From an uncultured Pseudomonadota bacterium (GTDB lineage Bacteria > Pseudomonadota > Alphaproteobacteria > Rhizobiales > Xanthobacteraceae): DNA of 64,000 nt. The position numbers and the translations under genes are program-made. The stretch is from contig CAVPDI010000028.1 in NCBI GenBank assembly GCA_963702605.1, positions 79,060 through 143,059 of the forward strand, given 5' to 3'. The notes beneath the pieces were generated by a model. It saw nothing but the letters and a program-made list of their open reading frames with translations. It did no database searches and was not told the DNA's origin. Below, one piece after another: positions 28,807 to 40,014 of the stretch. Position 1 is the stretch's first letter; every line of letters begins with the position of its first letter.

Positions 28807-30345
28807 TCACTTTTTCTTTCCAAGGCCGGGCGGCAGACCGCCCGGCAATCCAGGAAACTTCCCCCCCAGGCCAGGGAGCCCGGGCATATTCGGCGGCAAT
28901 TTCGGCATGGTCGGCGGCAGGCCCGGCATGGTTGGCGGCAATTGTCCGCCCGGCATTTTCTTTGCCATCTCGGCCAGCTGTTCCGGTGACGGCATGCCCG
29001 CGCCGAAACCCATGGCCTGCGCAATGCCGGCGAGCGGGCCGCGCTTTGCCCCGCCCATCATTTTCATCATGTCGGCCATGCCGCGATGCATTTTCAGCAG
29101 CTTGTTGATCGCTTCCGGCGTGGTGCCGGATCCCGAGGCAATGCGCTTCTTGCGGCTGGCTTTAAGAATGTCGGGGTTGCGTCGCTCTTTCGGTGTCATC
29201 GAGTCGATGATCGCGATCTGGCGCTTGATGACGTTCTCATCGAGATTGGCGGCAGCGAGCTGGTTCTTCATCTTGCCCATGCCGGGCAGCATGCCCATCA
29301 GTCCGCCCAGCCCGCCCATCGCCTGCATTTGCGTGAGCTGCTCGCGCAGGTCGCCAAGATCGAAAGCGCCCTTGCGCATTCTCTCGGCCGCCCGCATCGC
29401 CTTCTCGGCGTCGATATTTGCGGCTGCCTTCTCTACCAGCGCGACGATGTCGCCCATGCCGAGGATGCGGCCTGCGATGCGTGCGGGATCGAAATCTTCA
29501 AGTGCGTCGAGCTTTTCGCCAGTGCCGAGGAGCTTGATCGGCTTGCCGGTGACGGCGCGCATGGACAGTGCGGCGCCGCCGCGCCCGTCGCCGTCCACGC
29601 GCGTGAGAACGATACCGGTCAGGCCCACACGTTCATCGAACGAGCGAGCCAGGTTAACGGCGTCCTGGCCGGTGAGGGCATCCGCAACAAGAAGCACTTC
29701 ATGCGGATTGACCGCCCGCTTGACTTCGGCAGCCTCGCTCATCATCGCGTCGTCAAGTGTGGTACGGCCAGCCGTATCGAGCATCACTACGTCATAGCCG
29801 CCGAGCCTGCCGGCTTCGATTGCACGGCGCGCGATCTGCGGCGGCGCCTGTCCTTCAACCACCGGCAACGTGTCGATCTGCGCGTCACGGCCGAGCACCG
29901 CGAGCTGTTCCATCGCCGCAGGCCGTCGCACGTCGAGCGAGGCCATGAGCACTTTTCGCTTTTGCCGCTCAGTCAAACGCCTGGCGAGCTTTGCGGTCGT
30001 TGTCGTTTTTCCGGAGCCTTGCAGGCCAACCATCATGATGGCGACCGGCGGCGCCGCATTGAGATCGATCCCCTGACTGCCGGCTCCAAGTGTCGCAACA
30101 AGCTGGTCGTGCACTATCTTCACGACCATCTGGCCCGGCGTCACCGATTTCATCACTTCGACGCCGACCGCCTGTTTTTTGACGCCATCGGTGAAAGCCC
30201 GCGCGACGTCGAGCGCTACATCGGCTTCAAGCAGTGCGCGGCGCACTTCGCGCAATGCCGCATCGACGTCGGCTTCGCTGAGCGCACCGCGGCGGGTAAG
30301 GCGATCAAGGATGCCGCCGAGTTTTTCCGACAGTGAATCGAACAT
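28807..30345 (-). CDS. ffh: Signal recognition particle protein
   Basis: MFDSLSEKL, GLQGSGKTTT, DTAGR, DGDGRGG and M domain. Confidence 0.98.
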   Translation of the reverse strand: MFDSLSEKLGGILDRLTRRGALSEADVDAALREVRRALLEADVALDVARAFTDGVKKQAVGVEVMKSVTPGQMVVKIVHDQLVATLGAGSQGIDLNAAPPVAIMMVGLQGSGKTTTTAKLARRLTERQKRKVLMASLDVRRPAAMEQLAVLGRDAQIDTLPVVEGQAPPQIARRAIEAGRLGGYDVVMLDTAGRTTLDDAMMSEAAEVKRAVNPHEVLLVADALTGQDAVNLARSFDERVGLTGIVLTRVDGDGRGGAALSMRAVTGKPIKLLGTGEKLDALEDFDPARIAGRILGMGDIVALVEKAAANIDAEKAMRAAERMRKGAFDLGDLREQLTQMQAMGGLGGLMGMLPGMGKMKNQLAAANLDENVIKRQIAIIDSMTPKERRNPDILKASRKKRIASGSGTTPEAINKLLKMHRGMADMMKMMGGAKRGPLAGIAQAMGFGAGMPSPEQLAEMAKKMPGGQLPPTMPGLPPTMPKLPPNMPGLPGLGGKFPGLPGGLPPGLGKKK

Positions 30346-30421
30346 TCGTCTCTCTCGTGATCTCGTCCTTCGATTTGCCCGCTTCATGGGCTCCTCCGGA
30401 CGAGGTTATTGCAAACACTTT

Positions 30422-30470
30422 CACGCCCGAGGGCGCATTGCGCTGTCGGGCGGTGGCCTCCGGCCTCTTC
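30422..30470 (-). ncRNA. ffh leader RNA motif (alphaproteobacterial ffh 5' UTR element)
   Basis: GAGGCCGGAGGCCACCGCCCGACAGCGCAATGCGCCCTCGGGCG in the ffh 5' UTR resembles the Rfam ffh motif (from memory, not searched). Confidence 0.7.
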
Positions 30471-30520
30471 ATGGACCGGGCGGCGGAATTGTCATCACGT
30501 CTCTATCGAGAACGGCGCGG

Positions 30521-30549
30521 AACCTAGGGTTGGCTCGGTCGCAAGTCAA
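30521..30549 (-). promoter_or_regulatory. Sigma70-type promoter of the ffh operon
   Basis: TTGACT-N17-TAGGTT. Confidence 0.65.
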
Positions 30550-30561
30550 GGCAAGGCCGTT

Positions 30562-31242
30562 TTAGGGCGCCAATTCATAGCTAACGGTCACCATTGCCCT
30601 TAACGTTTGCTCGCCGGGGGCAATGGGAACCGCGCCGGCCCGCATCGCCTGCATCGGCCGCGGCGGCGGGGCCGAGCCTTCCTCCGTAATCGACACCACA
30701 TGGCCGAGTTTGGCCCCGGCCGCCTTGGCGTAAAGTTCGGCCTTTCGACGCGCATCCGCGATCGCATCATCGCGCGCCTGATCGAGAAGCTTCGATTGTT
30801 CCGAGACTACAAATTCTATTCCCGACATTTCATTGGCACCGGCAGCGATTGCCCGATCGAGGACATTTGGCAGCTTGTCGATGTCGCAAATCCTGACCGT
30901 AACCTGATTGCTGGCCTGGAAGCCGGTGAGGCGCGCGGTACCGCCTTTGTTCGGATCATATTGGGGCTGCAGAGAAAGGCGCGACGTCTGGATATCACGG
31001 TCGCCGACACCTGCATTTTTGATTGCGTTCAGCACCGCGGTCATCTGCCTCGCATTGGCCTCGCTTGCCTCACGAGCCGTCTTATCCTGGCTGCTTACGC
31101 CGATCCGCATCATGGCTGTATCGGGCGCAACGGCAATCGTCGCCTCGCCCGTCACGGTCACAAGCTTTTCGGTTGCGTGAACGGGGGCAACCGCGAGGCC
31201 GGCGACGATTAGAAGGAGCGGGAGGCGAGATACGGGCATCAT
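30562..31242 (-). CDS. SIMPL (DUF541) domain periplasmic protein
   Basis: Signal peptide; VTVTGEA..PD..DIQTS..AIADARRKAELYA..PIAPGEQ. Confidence 0.9.
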   Translation of the reverse strand: MMPVSRLPLLLIVAGLAVAPVHATEKLVTVTGEATIAVAPDTAMMRIGVSSQDKTAREASEANARQMTAVLNAIKNAGVGDRDIQTSRLSLQPQYDPNKGGTARLTGFQASNQVTVRICDIDKLPNVLDRAIAAGANEMSGIEFVVSEQSKLLDQARDDAIADARRKAELYAKAAGAKLGHVVSITEEGSAPPPRPMQAMRAGAVPIAPGEQTLRAMVTVSYELAP

Positions 31243-31856
31243 TTCACCGGCACAAAGACGTTCACCACCAGCTTGCTGGGATCGCTCGTCACCGGATCCG
31301 TGGCATATTCCTCGATGAAAAGATCTTTCGCTTCCAGCTGTTTGTCGTCGAGATAATTCGTGATCGCTTCATAGGTCGAATCCATCGCGTCGTATGATCC
31401 CCGATGGACAAACTTGAGGGCCTTGCCTGACGGTGCCGGGCCCGACGCGATGTCTCCTTTCGGAGGATCTTTCGGTGCCTGGGCAACCGGCAATGCCGCT
31501 TTGAACGAGAAGCCAGTGTCGTCGGTCTGGGTATAGATCGTTAGGGCAGGTCCCACGGGTTTGATGTTTTGCTTGTTGAGATATTCATGCAGTGACTTAA
31601 ATGCGTCGACCAGCGTGTCAAATGCGCTGTCCCAATTGCTGTGGCCTTGCATGTAGACAATTGTGCGCTCGGGCAAGGTCACCTGTTCACCAAATGCGTC
31701 GCCCGGCTGCAGGGGCGAAGGCGAGGCGGGCCCCGTGATCGTTGGTGCCGCGGGTTCGCTCGCGACCGGCGGTGCGGCATTTTGAGCGGCAGCCACGTTG
31801 GCGGTGAAAGCCACCGCCAGGGCGGCAATCGTCAGAACGCCCGGGAAAGGCGACAT
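31239..31856 (-). CDS. Exported GyrI-like small-molecule-binding protein
   Basis: Signal peptide and Pro-rich linker; HRGSYD..TYEAI..IEEY..VFVPVK. Confidence 0.85.
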   Translation of the reverse strand: MSPFPGVLTIAALAVAFTANVAAAQNAAPPVASEPAAPTITGPASPSPLQPGDAFGEQVTLPERTIVYMQGHSNWDSAFDTLVDAFKSLHEYLNKQNIKPVGPALTIYTQTDDTGFSFKAALPVAQAPKDPPKGDIASGPAPSGKALKFVHRGSYDAMDSTYEAITNYLDDKQLEAKDLFIEEYATDPVTSDPSKLVVNVFVPVK

Positions 31857-31981
31857 TACGGTACTCCGTCGTTTGCGGCGGTCCGGCAATTCGCCAGCAT
31901 TGGTGCGCATTCTACCATGGCCTCTGGCCAATCCATGTTTATTCGCCATATAAACCGGGCGAAAACCGGGCAAAGCAGGAT

Positions 31982-32857
31982 ATGGGCGCGCTGGCCAATC
32001 AGACCTTCGTGAAGATGAACGGTGTCGGCAATGAAATTGTCATCGTCGATATGCGCGCGCGCGGGGAAAAGATCGAAGCTGACGAAGCGCGCGCAGCGGC
32101 GCGCCCTGACGGCGCCCCCTACGATCAGCTGATGGTGCTCTATCCGCCGTGCACGCCCGGAACCGATGCGTTCATCCGCATTTACAACAATGATGGTTCG
32201 GAGGCCGGCGCCTGCGGAAATGGGATGCGCTGCGTCGCCGATGTCGTGGCGAAGGAAAGCGGCAAGGACACGCTCACGTTCGAAACAACTGCGGGCATTC
32301 TCAATTGCTGGAAGGGTGCGGACGGTTTGTTCACGGTGGACATGGGAATTCCGCATTTTAAATGGAACGAGATTCCGCTGGCCGAGGAATTCCGTGACAC
32401 GCGCGCGATCGAGTTGCAGATCGGGCCTATCGACAAGCCAGTGCTGCATTCTCCTTCAGTCGTTAGCATGGGCAATCCCCATGCGATCTTCTGGGTGGAC
32501 GATGTGAATGCGCACGATCTGGCGCGGCTGGGGCCGCTGCTGGAAAATCATCCGATCTTTCCGGAGCGGGCCAACATCACGCTCGCGCACATCGTTGCGC
32601 GCGATCACCTTGTGATCCGTACCTGGGAACGCGGCGCTGGTCTTACCAAGGCCTGCGGTTCAGCCGCGTGCGCGGCGGCGGTTGCGGCAGCGCGGCTCAA
32701 GCGCGCTAATCGCAAGGTAAAGGTGAGCCTTCCTGGCGGTGAACTGATGATCGCCTGGCGCGAAGCAGATGATCACGTCCTGATGACCGGCCCCGTCGAA
32801 TTCGAGTTCAAGGGTCGGTTCGATCCGGCACTCTTTGCCAGGGCGGGCGCGTCGTGA
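31982..32857 (+). CDS. dapF: Diaminopimelate epimerase
   Basis: [35 protein letters not shown]. Confidence 0.96.
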   Translation: MGALANQTFVKMNGVGNEIVIVDMRARGEKIEADEARAAARPDGAPYDQLMVLYPPCTPGTDAFIRIYNNDGSEAGACGNGMRCVADVVAKESGKDTLTFETTAGILNCWKGADGLFTVDMGIPHFKWNEIPLAEEFRDTRAIELQIGPIDKPVLHSPSVVSMGNPHAIFWVDDVNAHDLARLGPLLENHPIFPERANITLAHIVARDHLVIRTWERGAGLTKACGSAACAAAVAAARLKRANRKVKVSLPGGELMIAWREADDHVLMTGPVEFEFKGRFDPALFARAGAS

Positions 32858-34082
32858 GCATAGATGTCGTCACATTCGGTTGCCGCCTGAACACCTACGA
32901 ATCGGAAGCGATCCGCCGCGCAACTGGTTCGGCCGGCGTCAATGACGCGACTGTAGTGAATACATGTGCGGTAACAGCCGAAGCCGTGCGCCAGGCGAAA
33001 CAGGCCATCCGCCGCATCAAGCGCGACCGGCCGCAGGCCCGCATCCTCGTCACCGGATGTGCGGCGCAGACCGAACCCGCTACCTTTGCGGCAATGCCGG
33101 AAGTCGACAGCGTGATCGGCAATGAGGAAAAATTCGACGTCCAAGCCTGGGGTTCGCACCAGAAAATGGCCGTGTCCGATATCATGGCTGTGAAAACGAT
33201 GCGCGCGCATGCGATTGACAGCATTGAGGGCCGGACGCGGGCGTTTGTTCAGGTACAGAACGGCTGTGATCACCGATGCACCTTCTGCATTATCCCGTTT
33301 GGCCGAGGCAACTCGCGCTCGCTTCCGATCGAGGCCATCGTAGAACAAGCGCGGCGGTTGGCGGACAACGGATACCGCGAGCTTGTGCTGACTGGGGTTG
33401 ATATCACAAGCTATGGCGCGGACCTGCCGGGGACGCCGCGCCTCGGCGTATTGGTCAAGCGCATCCTGAAGAATGTGCCGGATTAGCTCGCTTGAGGCTC
33501 TCGTCGATTGACTCCGCGGAAGCCGATTGCGATCTGTTCGAAGCTTTTGCGAACGAGCCGCGACTGATGCCGCATCTGCATCTGTCGTTGCAGGCGGGCG
33601 ACGATCTTATCCTCAAGCGCATGAAACGTCGGCATTCGCGGCGCGATGCAATCGCGTTTTGCGCGGAGCTGCGGCGGTTACGCCCCGATATTGCTTTCGG
33701 TGCCGACATCATCGCCGGTTTTCCTACCGAAACAGAAGATATGTTCCTTCGCTCGCTCGACCTCGTCGATGAGTGCGGTCTGACCCAACTTCATGTCTTT
33801 CCATTTTCGCCGCGGCCGGGGACGCCAGCCGCGCGCATGCCGCAGCTCCATCGTGCCGTCATCAAGGAACGAGCACGACGCCTGCGCGATAAGGGCGACA
33901 TGGTGCTGCGGCGGCACCTTGATCGGGAGATCGGCGCTCTTCGCCGCGTTCTCGCCGAATCGCAAGCGCTTGGGCGTACTGAACAATTCATGCCGGTCCG
34001 GCTTGCCGGATCAATTCAAGCCGGTGCTATTCTTGATCTCACAATGAAGGCGCATGACGGCCATCGACTTCTGGCCGCATAG
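32854..34082 (+). CDS. mtaB: tRNA t6A37 methylthiotransferase MtaB; frameshift near 33482
   Basis: [21 protein letters not shown]; continues [21 protein letters not shown] after restoring one T. Confidence 0.9.
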
Positions 34083-34093
34083 AGGGGGATGCG

Positions 34094-34717
34094 ATGGGTT
34101 ACCGCGAACACCTGGTCACGACCATGGAGCAATTGCAGTCGCTCTACGGCGAAAAAATGGGTGCAGCCGTCATCAAGGAGATCGATCATATCAACGACGC
34201 CTATCGGAAAATGATCGAACTTGCGCCCTTTGTGGCGATCGCGACCTCAGGGCCCGAGGGACTGGATTGTTCGCCGAAAGGGGATGCAGCGGGCTTCGTG
34301 CACATTCTCGATGAAAAGACTGTGGCGATTCCCGACCGGCCCGGCAACAACCGCATCGACGGCTTTCGTAACATCATGCGCGATCCGCGCATCGCGCTGC
34401 TTTTTCTGATTCCCGGCGTTGGCGAAACCTTGCGGGTCAATGGCCGCGCTTCGATCTCCATCGATCCGGAGTTGATGCAAAGCTTCGCTGTCAATGGCAA
34501 GCTTCCGCGCTGTGTGCTCATCGTGCATATTGAAAGCATCTACTTCCATTGCTCCAAGGCAATCGTACGTTCCAAGCTGTGGGACGACGCGACCAGGATC
34601 GATCGCAGAAGCCTGCCCTCGACCGGCATCATTATCGCGGAGTTAAGCAAGGGCAAGCTCGGAGGAGAAGCGTACGATCGCGAGGCACCGGAGCGCATCA
34701 AGGCTCAGCTTTACTGA
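34094..34717 (+). CDS. Pyridoxamine 5'-phosphate oxidase-like FMN-binding protein
   Basis: DCSPKGD, PDRPGNNRID, GETLRVNGRA, YFHCSKAIVRSKLW. Confidence 0.9.
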   Translation: MGYREHLVTTMEQLQSLYGEKMGAAVIKEIDHINDAYRKMIELAPFVAIATSGPEGLDCSPKGDAAGFVHILDEKTVAIPDRPGNNRIDGFRNIMRDPRIALLFLIPGVGETLRVNGRASISIDPELMQSFAVNGKLPRCVLIVHIESIYFHCSKAIVRSKLWDDATRIDRRSLPSTGIIIAELSKGKLGGEAYDREAPERIKAQLY

Positions 34718-34753
34718 GTACGGAAATGCCGTGCCCGCGCCTCTCGCGGGCAT

Positions 34754-35436
34754 TTAAGTCTCGACCCATCCGCAGCCCGTCAGCAATCTACGCATTTGCT
34801 CGGGCACTGGCGCACTTACCGTCACGGGCGGCTTGTTTTTCGAAATCGGCACTGTGACCTCACGTGAATGCAGGTGAAGGGCGGGCCGCCCGCGCGCGGG
34901 GCATTCCCGTAAATATTGTCGCCGACGATCGGCCAGCCCATCTCTGCGCAATGAACACGCAATTGGTGGGTTCGGCCGGTGAGTGGTTCGAGCGCGAGCC
35001 AGGTGATGCCGGGCCCGCGCCCCAGCACCTTCCATGTGCTTGATGACGGCAATCCATGTTCGTCCGCCTTCATCCACCAGCCGTGGGACTCGTCGCGCTT
35101 GGCAAGCGCAATGTCGATCCGGCCCTGCTCGGGCGTAGGCCCGCCTTCAACCACCGCCCAATAGCATTTCGATACTTTGCCCTGCTTGAAAAGCTTGCCG
35201 AGCAATGCCAGCGCCTTGCGATGACGTCCGAGGACCAGGCACCCGGTGGTATCGCGGTCGAGGCGATGTGCCAGGGCCGGAGCGCGCGGCAATCCAAACC
35301 GCAAGGCGTCGAAATAGTCTTCGAAGGCATCGCCCCCTTTCGGGCCGCGATGCACGGGCAATCCCGCCGGCTTGTCGACGACCAGCATAAGTCCGTCGCG
35401 GTAGAGCAGGCGGGCAAGCGTCTCTTCCGGTGTCAT
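34754..35436 (-). CDS. RluA-family RNA pseudouridine synthase; frameshift near 34885
   Basis: DKPAGLPVH, HRLDRDTTG, TGRTHQLRVH, GDNIYG; LHLH continues in another frame. Confidence 0.9.
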
Positions 35437-35480
35437 GGTCACTTACCAAGTTTTGCCGAAACCGCTATCACGGGCACGAT

Positions 35481-36413
35481 ATGAACGACAGCACACAAGG
35501 GGGGAGCTGGTGGAAACGCCTGAGCGGCGGGCTCGGGCGTACGTCCTCGTCGCTGGGTGGCGCGATCGCGGGTCTGGTCTCGAAGCGCAAGCTCGACGCG
35601 GAGACAATCGAGGAATTGGAGAACGAATTGATCCGAGCCGATTTGGGTCCTGATTTTGCGGCCCGCATCGCCGGGGTGCTTGGCGAAGGCCGTTTCGAGC
35701 AAGGCATCTCGCCGGACGAGGTGAAGGCAGCTTCTTGCGAGCGAGATAGAGAAGGTGCTGGTGCCGGTGGCCAAGCCGCTTGAGCTGACGGCGCGGCCTT
35801 TCATCATTTTGATTGCGGGGGTGAATGGCTCCGGCAAGACGACGACCATCGGTAAGCTTGCGGCCCGTTTGCGCGCGGAAGGCAAAAGCGTGACGCTGGT
35901 TGCTGGCGACACTTTTCGTGCCGCCGCGATAGATCAGCTGAAGATTTGGGGTGAGCGCACCGGTGCGATCGTAATTGCGCGCGAAGCTGGCGCCGACGCG
36001 GCGAGCCTCGCTTTTGACGCGATTACCGCCGCGAAAGCGCAAAGCATCGAAGTGGTGCTCGTCGATACAGCTGGCCGCTTGCAGAATCGGATGGAGTTGA
36101 TGAGCGAACTTGAAAAGATGGTGCGCGTCATGCGAAAGGTCGAGCCACCTCGCCACATGCCGTGTTGCTCGTTCTCGATGCGACGGTCGGCCAAAATGCG
36201 CTCAGCCAGGTCGAGATTTTCGGAAAAATCGCCGGCGTTACCGGTCTGGTCATGACCAAGCTAGATGGGACGGCTCGCGGCGGTATCCTGGTTGCGATCG
36301 CGGAGAAATTCGGTCTACCGGTTCATTTCATCGGCATCGGCGAGGGCGTGGACGATCTGGCACCGTTCACCGCGCGTGATTTTGCGCGGGCGGTAGTCGG
36401 CCTGGAATCATAG
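35481..36413 (+). CDS. ftsY: SRP receptor FtsY, NG-only form; frameshifts near 35733 and 36150
   Basis: WWKRLSGGL..ELIRADLG / GVNGSGKTTT..DTFRAAA..DTAGRLQN / DATVGQN..TKLDGTARGG. Confidence 0.93.
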
Positions 36414-36425
36414 TGGCGGAAGTAC

Positions 36426-36995
36426 ATGGCGAAAAAGAAGCAGCTCAACCCGATTCTCAAATTGGTCCTCGATATCGGACCCCTGATCTTGTTTTTTGCT
36501 GCCAATGCAAAATTCGGGATCTATGCCGCGACCGGCGCATTCATGGTTGCCATCCTGATTGCGCTCGTCGTTTCCTACGTCATCACGCGACACGTTGCGG
36601 TAATGCCATTGGTGACAGCGGCCATCGTGCTGGTCTTTGGCGGGCTCACCTTGGTGCTGCACGATGAGGTGTTCATCAAGCTCAAACCCACCATCATCTA
36701 TGTGCTGTTCGGCGGCACGCTTGTCGGGGGTCTCGCATTCGACAAACCGTTGCTCGGCATGGTTTTCGATTCCGTCTTCCATCTGCAGGAAGAAGGCTGG
36801 CGCAAGTTGACCTGGCGATGGGCGCTGTTTTTCTTTGCGCTCGCGATATTGAACGAGATCGTCTGGCGCACGCAGAGCACGGATTTCTGGGTGAGCTTCA
36901 AGTTGTTCGGCGTCGTGCCGCTGACCTTTCTCTTCGCCGCCCTGCAATACCCGCTGCTCAACAAGTACAGCGTAGAACCGGGCAAAAAGAGCTAA
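36426..36995 (+). CDS. yciB: Inner membrane protein YciB / septation protein A
   Basis: [33 protein letters not shown]. Confidence 0.93.
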   Translation: MAKKKQLNPILKLVLDIGPLILFFAANAKFGIYAATGAFMVAILIALVVSYVITRHVAVMPLVTAAIVLVFGGLTLVLHDEVFIKLKPTIIYVLFGGTLVGGLAFDKPLLGMVFDSVFHLQEEGWRKLTWRWALFFFALAILNEIVWRTQSTDFWVSFKLFGVVPLTFLFAALQYPLLNKYSVEPGKKS

Positions 36996-37579
36996 CGCAG
37001 GGCCTTTTCGATTTCCGGCTCGAGCGTTCGGCTGAGATTGTCCGCCGTGATGGGGCCGATCAGCTTGTAGGCGATATGGCCGTCGCGGCCGACGAGAAAT
37101 GTCTCCGGCACGCCATAAACGCCCCAATCGATTGACGTTCGGCCCGCTTCGTCCCGGCCCGTGGCCACGAAGGGGTTGCCGTACCGGTTGAGGAAACGCC
37201 GCGCATTATCAGGCGCGTCCTTGTAGTTGATGCCAACGAGCTGGATGCGCTTGTCCTTCGACAATTGCTCCAAAAACGGCACTTCGTCATGGCACGGCAC
37301 ACACCACGACGCCCATACATTCACCAGCGTGACCGCTCCCCGGAATGTTGCATTGCTCAGACCGGGCACGGGCTTGCCGTCGTGTTCAAGTCCGGACAGG
37401 GGCGGCAGGTCGGTTACCGGTATCGGATGCCCGATCAGGGCCGATGGAATACGCGAGGGATCGCCGGAGCCGAGCCTGAAGAAAAAAAGTGCGGCAATAG
37501 CCAGAAACACGACAAGAGGCAGCAGCACGAAAATATTACGGTGTTTCTTGCCGGAATTTTCGCTCGATGCAGTGCCCAT
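36992..37579 (-). CDS. ccmG: Cytochrome c maturation thiol:disulfide protein
   Basis: [20 protein letters not shown]-terminal membrane anchor. Confidence 0.95.
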   Translation of the reverse strand: MGTASSENSGKKHRNIFVLLPLVVFLAIAALFFFRLGSGDPSRIPSALIGHPIPVTDLPPLSGLEHDGKPVPGLSNATFRGAVTLVNVWASWCVPCHDEVPFLEQLSKDKRIQLVGINYKDAPDNARRFLNRYGNPFVATGRDEAGRTSIDWGVYGVPETFLVGRDGHIAYKLIGPITADNLSRTLEPEIEKALR

Positions 37580-37582
37580 TGG

Positions 37583-37750
37583 CTAGCTCTTGCGCTGCGA
37601 GCGGCGCGCAAGTCCACTTTCCTCGAGGCTGCCGAGAATCCGGCGCTGCGCAGAATAGTCGAGGATGACCCATCCGATGAGTGCGGCCATGACAAATGCG
37701 GTTACGCCATAGGCGGCAATGATAAAATCGGCGTGCGGGCCAAGGTTCAT
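37583..37750 (-). CDS. ccmD: Heme exporter protein D (55 aa, below the ORF-track cutoff)
   Basis: MNLGPHADFIIAAYGVTAFVMAALIGWVILDYSAQRRILGSLEESGLARRSQRKS between ccmC and ccmG. Confidence 0.88.
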   Translation of the reverse strand: MNLGPHADFIIAAYGVTAFVMAALIGWVILDYSAQRRILGSLEESGLARRSQRKS

Positions 37751-38478
37751 GCATGCGCTTCCTGCGCCTGCAGCAGGCGCATGCTGCGAACGCGACGTCG
37801 CAAGATTTCATTGCGCATGACTGCGAGATGCAGCGTTACAAAAAGCAGCGTGAACGCCAATGCCATGATCAGGAGTGGCATCAGGATTGAAGGATCAATT
37901 GTCGAGCCGTCAATTCGAAACACGGATGCTGGCTGGTGCAGCGTGTTCCACCAGTCGACTGAAAATTTTATGATCGGAAGATTGACTGCGCCGACTAACG
38001 ACAAAATTGCCGCAGTGCGCGCGCCGCGGCCCGGCTCTTCGGCGGTCCAATACAGCGCAAGCACGCCGAGGTAGAGCAGAAGCAGGACCAGCATCGAGGT
38101 CAGCCGCGCGTCCCATACCCAATAAGTGCCCCAGGTCGGGCGGCCCCAGAGCGATCCGGTGACGAGGCATATGAACGTGAATGCCGCGCCGATTGGCGCC
38201 GCGGCTTTGCCGGCGACATCCGCAAGCGGATGCCGCCATACGAGCGTGCCGAGCGCAGCAATAGCCATCACCGCCCAGCCCAACATGCCTAGCCATGCGG
38301 CAGGCACATGCAGAAACATGATCTTGACGGTTGCTCCTTGCTGATAATCGTCGGGAGCGTTCATTGCACGGAACAGTCCGATCGCGAAAAGAACGATTGT
38401 CGTCGCTATCAGCCATGGCATCGCGCGATTAACCAGATTGAGAAACCGCGTCGGATTGGCAAGATCGATTATCGGCAT
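37747..38478 (-). CDS. ccmC: Heme exporter protein C
   Basis: HVPAAW, WGRPTWGTYWVWDARLTS, WWNTLHQ. Confidence 0.97.
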   Translation of the reverse strand: MPIIDLANPTRFLNLVNRAMPWLIATTIVLFAIGLFRAMNAPDDYQQGATVKIMFLHVPAAWLGMLGWAVMAIAALGTLVWRHPLADVAGKAAAPIGAAFTFICLVTGSLWGRPTWGTYWVWDARLTSMLVLLLLYLGVLALYWTAEEPGRGARTAAILSLVGAVNLPIIKFSVDWWNTLHQPASVFRIDGSTIDPSILMPLLIMALAFTLLFVTLHLAVMRNEILRRRVRSMRLLQAQEAHA

Positions 38479-38496
38479 CGGCGATCTCTTAGCATG

Positions 38497-39165
38497 TTAT
38501 TCCAGCCCGTGGCGCAGTGCCGCCGCCGCGGCGACGGGGCCGAGCACCAGGCTCGCCAAGCTTAGCGCACAAAGAATGGTGAAAGCTGGGCCGAGCGGAG
38601 CGGGGCCGGTTATAGCTGCGTTGGCAGCGGCTACGCCGAAAATCAACACGGGCACGGTGAGCGGTAGCACCAAAACGGCGAGCAGCAGACCGCCTCGTCG
38701 CAGAGCCACTGATAACGCTGCGCCAATCAGTCCAATAAAAGTGAGCGCCGGTGTGCCGGCTGCAAGCGTCAGAGTGAGCCAGCCCAAGGCGCGCAAATCG
38801 ACATTGAGCATCATCCCGAGCAGAGGTGCGATCAACACCAGGGGCAACGCGGTCGTCAGCCAATGTGCGATGCCCTTGATTGCTACCGCTAACTCGAGCG
38901 GCATTCCGCCCATCATCAGCAGATCCAGCGAGCCGTCCTCATGGTCGGTCGCAAACAGCCGGTCAAGAGCGAGCAGGCTTGCGAGCAATGCGCCGAGCCA
39001 GAGGATTGCCGGCCCGATCCGCGCTAGCAGAACGAGATCCGGGCCGACGGCAAAGGGCATCATCGTCACGACGATGAGAAAGAACAGCGCTCCCATGAAT
39101 GCGCCGCCACCGACACGGAACGCGAGTCGCATGTCACGAAGAAGTAGGGATATCAATGCACTCAT
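38497..39165 (-). CDS. ccmB: Heme exporter protein B
   Basis: [27 protein letters not shown]. Confidence 0.95.
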   Translation of the reverse strand: MSALISLLLRDMRLAFRVGGGAFMGALFFLIVVTMMPFAVGPDLVLLARIGPAILWLGALLASLLALDRLFATDHEDGSLDLLMMGGMPLELAVAIKGIAHWLTTALPLVLIAPLLGMMLNVDLRALGWLTLTLAAGTPALTFIGLIGAALSVALRRGGLLLAVLVLPLTVPVLIFGVAAANAAITGPAPLGPAFTILCALSLASLVLGPVAAAAALRHGLE

Positions 39166-39764
39166 TCCGTATCCATTTTCAGTTCGCGCGCACGCTCGAG
39201 ACCGATCGGTCCGTGTGTCGCAGCGACAATCATTCCGCCACCGGCGAGGTGGTCGTGCATCAATCCGGCAAGCCGCTTCTGCGATGGGGCATCAAGTGAG
39301 GATGTCGGTTCATCAAGCAACCAGATTGGTCTCGGAACCGCGATGAGACGCGCGATCGACAGCCGTCGCCTCTGACCGGAGGAAAGATAAGCGGCCGGCA
39401 AATCGGCAAGCCGAACGAGATCGACCCTTTCCAAAGCCGGCTCGATCGCGCATGGGGTTCCGAGAAATTCGGCCCAGAATTCCAGGTTCTCTGCGACCGT
39501 GAGCGCCGGCTTCAACGCGTCCTGGTGGCCGAGATAGTGCGCCTGCTCGGCGATCGTCAGTTCGGGGACGCCACCCTCAAGCGTCAGACGCCCCGAGACG
39601 ATTCTTATAAGCCCGGCGATGACACGCAGAAGTGAGGATTTGCCGGCGCCATTACGTCCACTCACCAGCAAAGCCTGGCCGGCCGCCAGGTTGAAACTCA
39701 ACCCGCGGAACACCTCGCGGCCCCCGCGGCTGCAGGTCAATTCATCGGCCCTGAGTTCCATCAC
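39162..39764 (-). CDS. ccmA: Heme ABC exporter ATPase
   Basis: [22 protein letters not shown]; first gene of the ccm cluster. Confidence 0.95.
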   Translation of the reverse strand: MMELRADELTCSRGGREVFRGLSFNLAAGQALLVSGRNGAGKSSLLRVIAGLIRIVSGRLTLEGGVPELTIAEQAHYLGHQDALKPALTVAENLEFWAEFLGTPCAIEPALERVDLVRLADLPAAYLSSGQRRRLSIARLIAVPRPIWLLDEPTSSLDAPSQKRLAGLMHDHLAGGGMIVAATHGPIGLERARELKMDTE

Positions 39765-40014
39765 AACTGCCGCCGACCGTTTGGATTGGCCGGGACATTG
39801 GGGCGAACCCCCGAAAACCCCAATATTTTGTGCATCTTGGGCGACAATCGTGGTGAATATGGCGTTGGGCGCGAAAAGACCTTATAAGCCCCGACTTGCG
39901 ACGTTACGTAATTCGAATTCGGACGCAAGTCTCACCAACGAGAAAAACTTCGCCTTGCCAATAGCTTAGTCCGAACCAGCGCCGGTCGCCCGGCCGGGAA
40001 TGGAAACAGCCCAC

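Noticed and set aside
29086-30336. 416-aa ORF antisense to ffh, and similar long antisense ORFs over sucA, sucCD and nrdA
   Set aside because: Shadow ORFs expected from high-GC codon bias; no recognisable motifs.
33481-33492. TAG in mtaB as a readthrough or pyrrolysine codon
   Set aside because: The downstream half is in a different frame; restoring one T (GAT TTA GCT) removes the stop.
35481-36413. ftsY (and likewise asd, sucC, lpdA) as true pseudogenes
   Set aside because: Core or essential genes with intact motifs and only single-base indels; assembly error is more parsimonious.
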